A DNA stretch of 64,000 bases, taken from the IMG/VR virus record IMGVR_UViG_3300031783_000001. One strand, given 5' to 3'. Source of the stretch: an uncultured virus (IMG/VR IMGVR_UViG_3300031783_000001) (taxonomy: Duplodnaviria; Heunggongvirae; Uroviricota; Caudoviricetes). The position numbers and the translations under genes were made by a program. The notes beneath the pieces are model-generated. The model saw nothing but the letters and a program-made list of their open reading frames with translations. It searched no databases and was not told the DNA's origin. The stretch's first letter is position 1, and each line of letters begins with the position of its first letter. This document shows positions 50,332-60,346 of the stretch, piece after piece.

Positions 50332-53300
50332 TTAGGCAATAAAACACCGAGCGATTCTGTCTAGTGCAGGGTGGTAGTTAGCTACAACAGACACAACGTC
50401 GTTACTTAAATCCCAAAAATGAATAATTACATGCAAGTCATTACTAAGGCTATTAAGGTCTTTTTCTATAACTTTTATTATGTTATCATCTATTTCCGAA
50501 GCATTTATATAGTATTTTAGTAAATATCCATCTTCGCGCACAAAGTCTAATACGTTTCTTACGTTGTACACTGTAAAGTATTGTTTTTCTTCTGACCATA
50601 CTAAGCTTACAATTGTATCCTTACTTAGATGCTTTGTTATATCAAATTTCTTGGGACATCTGAAAGGTTCTTTGAACATTCCAAATTTATCGTAGGCTTT
50701 GACTTCGTAGTATTCTATATTTTTATCTTTCTTTATTGTAGCTTGATATGGACGGCAGAGTATATGAACACGATTTTGTATGTCCGTGTAGTTTTGTAAG
50801 TCTTTATACCCTCGTAGCTTAGATCTAAAGGAGATTACAGTTGGCACCATACTTTCGTATTTGATTCTGTACTTATCCGACAAAACAGCACCTAAGTGAG
50901 TCACTTCGTTTTCAATTTCATCTTCTATCTGTTTTATTTTATCTATTTTTTTATCGTTATTTTGGGTTATGTCGAATAGGGTAATATTTTGTGGTTCGGA
51001 GTTATTTCGTTCTTTTATGAGGTGGTCTATGGTACCTGCCCAGCTGAGGGCTTCTAAAACTCGGCGATTACTGCGGGACAATAAGTCGTTGATCCTATGT
51101 ATATGAGCATGATGCTTAGATAGTTCCATTGCTGTCAATTCCCCAACATTGTGTATTACATCTAGCCCTAAGGTCAGCTCTCTGTACCCCGTTTGTGTAG
51201 TTGTAGCTACATCCAACCGAGGAGCATTGATTCTTACTCCTAGCATTTCGCACTCTTCATACACATCAGATAGATACTTTTTATCGTCTTTATATAAGTC
51301 AATTAGAGCTTCAAAAAACTCGGTCGGATAGTAAGTCTTAATATAGGCAGTTTGGTAAGCTAAGTATGCGTAACCGACGGCGTGCGATTTGTTAAATCCA
51401 TAGTCTACAAACCGCTCAATTAGGTCAAATATTTGCTCGGCTACGTTTTTGTCCGTATTGTTTGCAACAGCTCGTTCTATGAATATATTCCTATTCTCTA
51501 CTATGATCTCTTTTACCTTCTTCCCTATAGCGCGTCTTAGCAGGTCAGCTTCTGCGAGGGTATAATTAGCTATGACACGCGCTATATTCATGATTTGTTC
51601 TTGATAAACTATAATACCGTAGGTCTCTTTCAGGTTTTCTTCTAATCTGGGGTCTAGATAGGTAACGGCTTCTTTTCCATGTTTTCTATCGATGTACTTA
51701 TCTATTTCGTTTAGTGGGCCAGGCCTATAAAGTGCATTCAAGGCGACGATATCGTCTAATTTGTCTGGTAGTAACCGTTTGAGATAACTCTTTATACCTT
51801 CCGATTCGAACTGAAAAACACCAGTTGTCAACCCCTTACGGAATAAATCAAAAACTCTTTGATCGTTATAATGTATTTTACTTAAATCTAAATCAATAAA
51901 TTTAGACTTAAGTTTGCTAGTAACTCTTGAAATTAGACTTAATGTTTTTAGACCTAATATATCAATCTTGACTAGTCCTAGTTTCTCGCAGTATTCGTAC
52001 TCTGGTTGAGCAACAAGAATTTTCTCTTCACTATTTCTATTAATTATAACTGGTATGATTTCATAAATAGGCTTTTTAGATATCACTATTCCTGAGGCAT
52101 GTATTCCAGCCTGTCGTATGCGGCCGTAGAGCTGTTTAGATAGGCCTATTATCTTGTCAAGGCCATTATGAAGGTACGAAACATAGTTTTTATATTTAGG
52201 ATTACTTTCTTGATCTTCTACATCCTCAAATGTCAGATTTAGCTTTTCTGGTATACTATTTTTGATAAATACATCTATGCGTTCATTAGGGTACTTATAG
52301 AATCTACCTACGTCCCGTATGGCCATTTTTACACCCATACGGCCATAGGTAGATATATAGGCTAAGTTATGTTCCCCGTATCGCTCTCGCAGGCAGTTTA
52401 TAAACCAATCCCTCTTGGAGGCATCAAAGTCTATATCTATATCTGGTGGCGATACGCGTTCTGGGTTCAGAAAACGTTCAAAGAGAAGACCATGTTGTAA
52501 TGGGTTGATGCGCACTATATCCAGTGCATAAGCTACAAGGCTGCCGCCGACGGATCCTCTGGCAGGCCCCCGAGCTACACCTAACTCGTCCGCTAAATCT
52601 ACTATCTCCTTGACCAATAAGAAGTACTCCTTAAAGCCCATACGTTCGATGACTCTTACTTCGTATCTAAGCCTATCCTCCTCTTCCTGTGTTAACTCCC
52701 GACCCAAACGTCTAAGTAAAGAATTTCTAACAAAACTATAAAAGTCATCAACCTTATTAACAACGGGTAAATCTAAATTACTTGTGATAGGCAATTCTAC
52801 GTTACATCTATCTCTTACTGCGAGTGTATTTGTGAGTGCTTCACGATGTTCTTGAAACAATCTAATAGAAGCCATTTCGTCATACCCCTTGATGTAAAAC
52901 TGTGGTAGGAGATTATTATTATCGTCTGACAACCGTAGCCTTTCAACAGTATCAACGCTAGCGTTTGTATTGATACCAATCATTACGTCGTGCGCCATAG
53001 CATGCTCCTGATAGGCATAATGAGCATCGTTAGTAGCTATGACCTTTATATCATACTTACTGCTGAAATCTAGAAGGGTCTTGTTGACAATATCCTGTCT
53101 TTTTATACCATGGTCGGAAAGCTCTATGTAATATCTATCATTAAATACTTCTAAAAACTCTAATATCTTCCTTTCAGCCATATCTATTTGACCGTTCAGG
53201 ATCAAATTCGGTATCAATCCCTGCAAGCATCCAGTAGTTACTATCAAACCCTCGTTGTATTCTTTGAGGAGACGGAAATTGATTCTAGGCTTATAGTAGA

Positions 53301-53622
53301 AACCTTCCAAGTGGGCATAGTAAGAGAGTCTAAGCAGGTTTTGGTAGCCTGTGTGATTCTCAGCCAATATCGTTATATGATATCTTTTACTATCTTTGGC
53401 AAACTCTTCACCGTCAACATAGTAAAACTCGCATCCTAGTATTGGTTTTATCCCATTAGACTTAGTCTTTATATAGAATTCCACTAATCCGGCTAATGTG
53501 CCATGGTCGGTTAGTGCCACCGCATCCTGGCCAAGCTCACTAACCCGTTTGACAATCTCATCTATAGTAGCATAACCATCTAAAATACTGTAATCACTAT
53601 GTACATGTAGATGTACCATCAT
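50332..53622 (-). CDS. dnaE: DNA polymerase III alpha subunit (family C)
   Basis: PHP HLHVHSDYSILDG/TDHG/TNDAHY; GLLFERFLNPERVSPPDIDIDFD; GIHASG; KIDILGL; GVFQFES; ALYRPGP; YQEQIM; FNKSHA. Confidence 0.97.
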   Translation of the reverse strand: MMVHLHVHSDYSILDGYATIDEIVKRVSELGQDAVALTDHGTLAGLVEFYIKTKSNGIKPILGCEFYYVDGEEFAKDSKRYHITILAENHTGYQNLLRLSYYAHLEGFYYKPRINFRLLKEYNEGLIVTTGCLQGLIPNLILNGQIDMAERKILEFLEVFNDRYYIELSDHGIKRQDIVNKTLLDFSSKYDIKVIATNDAHYAYQEHAMAHDVMIGINTNASVDTVERLRLSDDNNNLLPQFYIKGYDEMASIRLFQEHREALTNTLAVRDRCNVELPITSNLDLPVVNKVDDFYSFVRNSLLRRLGRELTQEEEDRLRYEVRVIERMGFKEYFLLVKEIVDLADELGVARGPARGSVGGSLVAYALDIVRINPLQHGLLFERFLNPERVSPPDIDIDFDASKRDWFINCLRERYGEHNLAYISTYGRMGVKMAIRDVGRFYKYPNERIDVFIKNSIPEKLNLTFEDVEDQESNPKYKNYVSYLHNGLDKIIGLSKQLYGRIRQAGIHASGIVISKKPIYEIIPVIINRNSEEKILVAQPEYEYCEKLGLVKIDILGLKTLSLISRVTSKLKSKFIDLDLSKIHYNDQRVFDLFRKGLTTGVFQFESEGIKSYLKRLLPDKLDDIVALNALYRPGPLNEIDKYIDRKHGKEAVTYLDPRLEENLKETYGIIVYQEQIMNIARVIANYTLAEADLLRRAIGKKVKEIIVENRNIFIERAVANNTDKNVAEQIFDLIERFVDYGFNKSHAVGYAYLAYQTAYIKTYYPTEFFEALIDLYKDDKKYLSDVYEECEMLGVRINAPRLDVATTTQTGYRELTLGLDVIHNVGELTAMELSKHHAHIHRINDLLSRSNRRVLEALSWAGTIDHLIKERNNSEPQNITLFDITQNNDKKIDKIKQIEDEIENEVTHLGAVLSDKYRIKYESMVPTVISFRSKLRGYKDLQNYTDIQNRVHILCRPYQATIKKDKNIEYYEVKAYDKFGMFKEPFRCPKKFDITKHLSKDTIVSLVWSEEKQYFTVYNVRNVLDFVREDGYLLKYYINASEIDDNIIKVIEKDLNSLSNDLHVIIHFWDLSNDVVSVVANYHPALDRIARCFIA

Positions 53623-54029
53623 ATTTTAACCAGCCTATTAACCCTATACAAATTATGAGTCCCCTCAATTCTATCAAAATACATAATACTTCTATCGGTA
53701 TGCTTTAAGTATCCTTCAATCTCTTGTAAAAGGGCGAGTGATAGTGATAGATTGAAAGTCTTTAACCGCAACTTTCTTATAGTCTCTATCCCTAACCTAC
53801 GGCAATACACGATCTTTTTGTCCTTTTTTACCCAATAGCCACCTTTATTATTTTTATGAGCCTCGAAATACTCACATACTAAAACAGGGTGCTCGTTGAT
53901 AATATATATATACCTACGTTCTAAATCAGATACAAATAACCCAAATCTAGCTGAGTAATGATAGTTTACAAAGTTATTTACTTTGAGTAAGCTTGTCATA
54001 TTCTTGATATATGTCTCTAATGTTAGCAT
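53619..54029 (-). CDS. Hypothetical protein
   Basis: 136 aa, overlaps the dnaE start by 4 nt. Confidence 0.65.
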   Translation of the reverse strand: MLTLETYIKNMTSLLKVNNFVNYHYSARFGLFVSDLERRYIYIINEHPVLVCEYFEAHKNNKGGYWVKKDKKIVYCRRLGIETIRKLRLKTFNLSLSLALLQEIEGYLKHTDRSIMYFDRIEGTHNLYRVNRLVKI

Positions 54030-54384
54030 ACAGAATTTTACAAATCATAATCACGATCTTACTATTAGTTGTTATGATAGGTATGAAGCCGGACCATTTA
54101 TTGCCTTCGTATAGTCGTATGCCATATTTTGTCCATTGTACAAACAAGGGTGTTTGTAGGGGTAGAGTATTAGACTGAAGGAGAAGGGTTAAGTTGTATA
54201 TAGCTTGCCTACTGTGTCCTGGCATAAGGATTCCATCCGAGAACATTTGAAGATAAGATAATGCAACGCTTTTTTGAGGGGCATTGTAATATTTATCTCC
54301 TATTTTGACCACAGGGATTGTACCACCAGCAGTGATGTCTAATATAGCCTCCCGTAGAATATTTACGAATTCGTATGATGTCAT
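53974..54384 (-). CDS. Hypothetical protein
   Basis: 136 aa, in the same operon. Confidence 0.65.
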   Translation of the reverse strand: MTSYEFVNILREAILDITAGGTIPVVKIGDKYYNAPQKSVALSYLQMFSDGILMPGHSRQAIYNLTLLLQSNTLPLQTPLFVQWTKYGIRLYEGNKWSGFIPIITTNSKIVIMICKILYANIRDIYQEYDKLTQSK

Positions 54385-54386
54385 AG

Positions 54387-57300
54387 TTATAGTGTTGGTA
54401 TATGTGGTATTATTCCACCCATAGGATTGTCGTTTGCATCGGCATCTCTGTACGCGTACAATCCATTTCCTATGGTAGCACTCTTGGTTCTCGCATCTTC
54501 TTTTATAGCTTTGCCATCAAGCATTTCAGCTATGCCTTTTATAGAAACACTAGGGTTGGACTTACACCATGCCTCAACAACATCACCTATATCACTAAGA
54601 CTAGCATATACATCTAAACTACGACCAAAAATATCACCAACTCGTATTTTAGCATGTCTCATCTTGGTATAAGACTCTATAATACTATCAAAAATAGCTT
54701 TAAAACTTGTATCTCCTAGAAAGTACCTATCTAAGTCGTTAAGTACTTGACTTAAAGATAATTTGATTCTATCTATCTCACTATAATCTGGTTCTACCTC
54801 AACATTACTAGAACCTATCTTGATTAATGACCTTAGCTTAGACCCTACAAAAGCCAGAACCACAAGACTATAAAACATGTATATCAAAGCAATAGAGGCT
54901 GTGTTGATATTGCAATACTTAACGGATCTAGGAAGGATAGAAACAACGCTTTGAACAAACATACGCTTGTGCTTCAAGTCATCGCTTGATTTTCCTGATT
55001 CAGATTCGTATAAAATATTATTAAACTTATTGTAAAAATCTACTCTTGATAATATGTTTCTTGTATCGTCTTTGAATAACTCATCGAAGTTTGACCCGAA
55101 CGTTGCTTCTTCGAACTGATATACAACTAAATCTGTGAAATCTATAAAGTAGATATACGTTGGAATTGAGGATTTTTGATTTTCTTGTTCAATAATGTTG
55201 ACCATTATGGCCACGCCGCCATTCCCAAATACTACGGTATGCATGTACATTTTGTCTCTAATTTCTTTTAGTGTTTTTGCTATTTGAGGATCAAGATTAT
55301 CGGATGTAGCTGATATTACTTCATGAACGGTGTTTCTTTGTAGTAGGCCATCTATGATTCTTTTGTATGGTGGTGTGCCAGAATCATCTTTAACATAATG
55401 TTCTCCCATTATGTAATTTACAAATCCTGCCACATGGCCACCCTGAGATAAATAATTCGTATCAGTCAAATGTAAAACATTGAATGCAAGCCGCAAACTT
55501 GCACTCTTTACTCCACGACTATAATTACCAGCTACACTCAATATAATATCCTTAATAAGAGTTCTAGCCCAGAATTCACCAACATTAAATGCTGGCGCAT
55601 TACCACCATGCAAATTCGTTGCTTGTAGCCTAAGGCGACTTATAAAATCTAAAAGTTTTGTCATAGTGTCATTATCTCTATACTTAGAAACGTATATATC
55701 TATACTATCAGTCAAACTAGGAAATATGACCGCATTACTTGCACTTGCACGACTGGGGTAATTGTCGATAGAGGTTATCGTGTAAGTATAATCTTCATCA
55801 TCGTACATAGGAACTTCACCATCGTGTATTACGCTTATATATTTCTTCTTTTTACTCAAACCATGCTGATTAGCTGAGAGAAAGTCAACAGGATTCGAGT
55901 AAATTCCCATATAAATAACAGACGACAGATGATTCAATAATTTGGCTACAGTTATAGTACTAGCACCAGATTTATCAACAACTTCTTTTCTCATGTCATG
56001 TATGAATTGATTAAATACCTCGTGTGTGTCTTTCACAAACTTATCCAACTGACTTATAACTTCATTAGCTGTATCAAAGTCAAAACTATTACCTTTTTTA
56101 CGACTCTCATTTATGAAGTTATTTATAAATTGCACAATCCTATTCAACGCCTCGCGTATGTTTTTATCTTTTGCGACTTCTTGTTCTTTTCTGTCTGCGT
56201 AGTCATATATTTTGCGAGCCAAATAGCGTATTACGAACTCAGTAACTCTAGACAGAGCCGGATTGTTGCTGAGCTCCCCAGTGGATTGTAGAGTAGCCTG
56301 CGCTGCTCTATGAGCTTCTATTGCTTCTGCTATTATAGCGTGCATAGAACCAGAAACATCTATACTCAAATAATCAGCTACAATACTAGGTACTGAGATT
56401 CGTACTCGTTCTTTGCTACGAATGCCAGTCAATATAACACCTGTAACCTCAGTCCTTAAAGCTAAAAGTGGGGGTCTCTTGAATATGCTAGTCAATTGAT
56501 TAGTGGTTATTTCCAAGTTCCTTATATCCGATTTACCTTTGTCGTCTCTACACTCAAAGACGCTTCTATGAATATGACGAGCTAAAAGGCTAAATACTAA
56601 GTCCAGAGCGCCACTAGATAAGCCAGACAACTCAAAAGCCGCGCGAACTAGCAATCCTTCGGGCAACCCTCCCTTCCCACCTTTCCCAATCTCCTTCTCT
56701 ATGAGCTTTTTATGCTGATCCATTAAGCTATCCATTATAATATTAGGATCAAAATAATCCTGATATTCAACTTCATCATCCCAATTAGGCTCTCGGCCTC
56801 TACGTACTATCCTCTTCTCTTCTTTTTCCCTATTATTATCCCTTATTTTTCTTTTTATAATATCTTTCAACTTATCCTTTAACCTCTGAGCAATTTCAGA
56901 CAGTTCATCTAATATGTCCTTATCTGGCTCTTCGTCCCTTCCCTTAATTTCTCCTATTGCCTTTATTAACTCATCATATAAGTCCGTGTAAACTGCCTCA
57001 ACATCTTCATTAATATCTTCGTCACTACTAGCTCCCGTCTTCTTTAAAATACCTCTTATTAGGTCTTTAATTTTCTTAGTATCTGTATTAGATTCAGAGC
57101 CTATTTGGGCTATTATTTTGGAAACTATGTCTATATCCTTTTCTATACTTTCATCTAAATCCTTATCATTAGGTTGTTTGCCTCCTGATTTGCCTTTCCG
57201 ACTGCCTGGACCCTCAGGTGTGTCCCCGCCACCCGGACCTTCGGGGCCCTCAGGTGTGTCTCCGCCACCTGGACCACCAGGTGGCTGCGGTTCTCCGCCA

Positions 57301-60300
57301 CCTGGACCACCAGGTGGCTGCGGTTCTCCACCACCTGGACCACCAGGTGGCTGCGGTTCTCCACCACCTGGACCACCAGGTGGCTGCGGTTCTCCACCAC
57401 CTGGACCACCAGGTGGCTGCGGTTCTTTGCCACTTTGGCAGGACGGACTAACGTTATTATTAGTAGCCCCTAGCACAATAGCAAACCTAAACACTAAGTC
57501 TCTCGGCTTCATAGGATGCGTTTTTGAGGTATCGAAAACGTCTGTCTCCCAATGACTAAAAGTACGCAAGGGAATACGGTCTCTGGTAGTGCCTTGCGAA
57601 TCACTCAGCATAGAAAATTCCTTAGATTCCTTATCCTCCTTTCTTCCATGTTGTTCCTGCCACTCAGATACAATATTCGCAACAAAATTTTGAAAGCTCA
57701 TTAAACGACTTTGATTACATTCTACTATATCGTAGGAAACCATATTATCTACGAATACAGGTATAATCTCAAAAAGACTTGGTAAGAACATACCAATAGC
57801 CAGGCTATCAGTGATGTTAGTATAAAATAGATATTCATAATAAGAAGAGTCTGGACTCCGTTCCCTACCTTTAGCTTCGTCATACTTAGTAAATAACTCA
57901 TCTAACATTTTTCTGTAACGACTTTGGAATTTACATATTCCTACAAAATCAGACATAAAGTATACCATATTGGCTGTTTCACTATAATTCTTACTTTGAC
58001 GGTTCTTTATATGGTCAAGTACATTTTTACTAGTAGCCAAATATTCTCTAAACCTTGCACCTAGTTTATCATCGTCTTTATTTAATTTCTTTTCAAATAT
58101 CACAAGATCTATAATAGTTTCTACATAATTATACATTCTCTCGACTATGTATCTTGAATCATCATCATATCTTTTGATAAAATTTATCAACTGTTCTGCT
58201 CCTCCTGTTACTTTGTTAGCCTCATAATTGCCTATGAACGTAAAGAGTACATTACTGGAAACCAACCTGTTAAGCAGGGCACTTAGTTGAAAGTGTTTAG
58301 TTGCAGAATCACCATCTATAATGCTTATTTTGCTTTGTTTATCTATTATAGCTCTTATTATAGACATGGATACTCTTTTATTTACATTATTTTCTCCTAG
58401 ATTATTAATAGAATCTTCTGAGTTAGAAGAGTTATATATTCCGATTATATATTTCTCAGCTGCTATATCTGCTAAATATTGGTAGCTTTTTGGGAAAATA
58501 TCAGAAAAAATATTAGACAGTAAACTTCTTGCTTTTTCTTTAAATGCGGATACATCTATGGAACCATCTTTTCGGCCCTTTTCTATTGCTAAAACATCCG
58601 TATTTATTCGGTAGTTACCTACAGAAGCGCTTTTCACAAGATCTATATTGTATCCTTCGTCTGCCGCAGCCGTGAAGTGTGCAACTAATACATTGGTTTT
58701 ATATAGTTCTCTCAGATCTTCATTTAGACGTTTCATAATTGAATTTATTCTTTTTACAACTTTCGCGCCATCTTCGCTATCTTTCATCTTAGACAAAGTA
58801 CTGGCGTTAGCAAGAATATCGTTTAAAATATTGAAATACGATTCTATAACTTCTATCGACATTCCATAGAGGTTGGCTTCTAATTTAAGATACTTGCTCC
58901 AAGATTCGTGGTATTCTATAAAGCTTTGATAATCGTTTAGAATGCTTTCTCTAACGTAGTCCGCAATAGATTTACCAGAATCTCCTACTATAGCGAAGAA
59001 AGGGTTATCATTTATATTTTTCTGGTCTAAACCGAATCGTTTAAAAACATAAGACAAAGCCGCATGTTTTTTTGATTTTACTATACTATATATACCATAA
59101 GCTATGTCGTTGCTGATAAAATCTATGATGATGTCAATTAAGTTATCACTATCTATTGTGGGAAGCTTATATCCATTTTCGCTGTGTGTAATGCCTTTTA
59201 TTGTATCTACGAGGGTAGTTAGCAAAGTATAGGAACTGCATATATTGTTTTCTATATTTCCTATTATTTCGTAAACGTTTTGGTTACTCAGGAATTGTGT
59301 AGCGAAGGCATTGATGCGGGTATAATCCGTTATGCAGCTTTTTACTAATCTCCTTACTATTTCATACAATGCTGCATTTTTTTCCGGAATATTTATGTGA
59401 GCTTCGTTGTAACCATTGATAAAGTCTAAAAGGTTACTATACTCTTTGCTATTATGTCTTAATTTATACTTTAGGTCTAATAGGATTTCCATATATAATA
59501 TGAATACTGGGAGTACGAATAGAGTGGCATTAACGTTGACCTCGTGTTCCATAAGTGCTCTAACTATGAGAGAAGAGTTGCGGCCTTCGTCCGCCCCATA
59601 CCACTGGTTAAGTCTAAACTTTGAGAACGATTGCATAATTCGCCTTAAATCTTGAAAGATGGGTTCTGGGTCGCTAGATTTATCAAGCCCTTGTCTGAAA
59701 GCTTCTGGGAAGGAAAGCTTGATCTCGTTCAAGTACTCGACTAAATCCATTCCCTGACCCGTCTGATACTTAGTTCGCAGCACTTTGTAATATTCTTCGT
59801 AAGCCTTATAGATTTGACCATTCCTATCTACATGTAGGTTGATACCATGTGTCATCTCATGTATCAGTGTCCACATAATAGATATAAATCCACTACCGCT
59901 ATTTGTCTTAAAGCCATGTATATCTTTTTTCATATGTTCAAACTCAGGTCCATACATCCAAGCAAAAGCTCTTAAGAAAGCTAACGGGTTAACATTTACA
60001 ATGATATTAAAAATCACTTGTTGCTCACCTTTTTTATTATCAAAACTAGTAGATTCGGCTTTTGTTATAGTATTACCCATCGTAGCATAACTGCCACTAG
60101 TATCAGCACTTTCTGGTTTATTAATAATAAAGTTGATTATAAACTTTTCACTACTTGTTTTTTTGTTAACTTTATTACCGAATTTAATTGCGTATTTAAA
60201 GAATCTGTTGGTTACATTCTTCACTATATCTAAAACTCGTTCGTTACTTGGTATTCGCTCATTTTTTGAATACTTTCTCAACTCAGCTTTGGTAAGCGTT

Positions 60301-60311
60301 TTTATACTCAT
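54387..60311 (-). CDS. Giant protein: N-terminal HExxH metallopeptidase-like domain, Pro/Gly linker, VWA domain
   Basis: TLIHEMTHG..LHVDR with downstream EHEVN; (EPQPPGGPGGG)n linker; MIDAS SIDVSGSM with later HGG and HLTD. Confidence 0.85.
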   Translation of the reverse strand: MSIKTLTKAELRKYSKNERIPSNERVLDIVKNVTNRFFKYAIKFGNKVNKKTSSEKFIINFIINKPESADTSGSYATMGNTITKAESTSFDNKKGEQQVIFNIIVNVNPLAFLRAFAWMYGPEFEHMKKDIHGFKTNSGSGFISIMWTLIHEMTHGINLHVDRNGQIYKAYEEYYKVLRTKYQTGQGMDLVEYLNEIKLSFPEAFRQGLDKSSDPEPIFQDLRRIMQSFSKFRLNQWYGADEGRNSSLIVRALMEHEVNVNATLFVLPVFILYMEILLDLKYKLRHNSKEYSNLLDFINGYNEAHINIPEKNAALYEIVRRLVKSCITDYTRINAFATQFLSNQNVYEIIGNIENNICSSYTLLTTLVDTIKGITHSENGYKLPTIDSDNLIDIIIDFISNDIAYGIYSIVKSKKHAALSYVFKRFGLDQKNINDNPFFAIVGDSGKSIADYVRESILNDYQSFIEYHESWSKYLKLEANLYGMSIEVIESYFNILNDILANASTLSKMKDSEDGAKVVKRINSIMKRLNEDLRELYKTNVLVAHFTAAADEGYNIDLVKSASVGNYRINTDVLAIEKGRKDGSIDVSAFKEKARSLLSNIFSDIFPKSYQYLADIAAEKYIIGIYNSSNSEDSINNLGENNVNKRVSMSIIRAIIDKQSKISIIDGDSATKHFQLSALLNRLVSSNVLFTFIGNYEANKVTGGAEQLINFIKRYDDDSRYIVERMYNYVETIIDLVIFEKKLNKDDDKLGARFREYLATSKNVLDHIKNRQSKNYSETANMVYFMSDFVGICKFQSRYRKMLDELFTKYDEAKGRERSPDSSYYEYLFYTNITDSLAIGMFLPSLFEIIPVFVDNMVSYDIVECNQSRLMSFQNFVANIVSEWQEQHGRKEDKESKEFSMLSDSQGTTRDRIPLRTFSHWETDVFDTSKTHPMKPRDLVFRFAIVLGATNNNVSPSCQSGKEPQPPGGPGGGEPQPPGGPGGGEPQPPGGPGGGEPQPPGGPGGGEPQPPGGPGGGDTPEGPEGPGGGDTPEGPGSRKGKSGGKQPNDKDLDESIEKDIDIVSKIIAQIGSESNTDTKKIKDLIRGILKKTGASSDEDINEDVEAVYTDLYDELIKAIGEIKGRDEEPDKDILDELSEIAQRLKDKLKDIIKRKIRDNNREKEEKRIVRRGREPNWDDEVEYQDYFDPNIIMDSLMDQHKKLIEKEIGKGGKGGLPEGLLVRAAFELSGLSSGALDLVFSLLARHIHRSVFECRDDKGKSDIRNLEITTNQLTSIFKRPPLLALRTEVTGVILTGIRSKERVRISVPSIVADYLSIDVSGSMHAIIAEAIEAHRAAQATLQSTGELSNNPALSRVTEFVIRYLARKIYDYADRKEQEVAKDKNIREALNRIVQFINNFINESRKKGNSFDFDTANEVISQLDKFVKDTHEVFNQFIHDMRKEVVDKSGASTITVAKLLNHLSSVIYMGIYSNPVDFLSANQHGLSKKKKYISVIHDGEVPMYDDEDYTYTITSIDNYPSRASASNAVIFPSLTDSIDIYVSKYRDNDTMTKLLDFISRLRLQATNLHGGNAPAFNVGEFWARTLIKDIILSVAGNYSRGVKSASLRLAFNVLHLTDTNYLSQGGHVAGFVNYIMGEHYVKDDSGTPPYKRIIDGLLQRNTVHEVISATSDNLDPQIAKTLKEIRDKMYMHTVVFGNGGVAIMVNIIEQENQKSSIPTYIYFIDFTDLVVYQFEEATFGSNFDELFKDDTRNILSRVDFYNKFNNILYESESGKSSDDLKHKRMFVQSVVSILPRSVKYCNINTASIALIYMFYSLVVLAFVGSKLRSLIKIGSSNVEVEPDYSEIDRIKLSLSQVLNDLDRYFLGDTSFKAIFDSIIESYTKMRHAKIRVGDIFGRSLDVYASLSDIGDVVEAWCKSNPSVSIKGIAEMLDGKAIKEDARTKSATIGNGLYAYRDADANDNPMGGIIPHIPTL
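57203..57425. repeat. 33-bp coding tandem repeat (5 units) plus two related degenerate units
   Basis: tcc(g/a)ccacctggaccaccaggtggctgcggttc repeated from 57261 to 57425. Confidence 0.95.
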
Positions 60312-60346
60312 GCAAAAATATACTAAGGTATTTAGAATATTTACAT

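Noticed and set aside
57203..57425. 33-bp tandem repeat as a CRISPR array
   Set aside because: No spacers; it is an in-frame coding repeat (EPQPPGGPGGG). The opposite-strand and alternate-frame ORFs there are shadows
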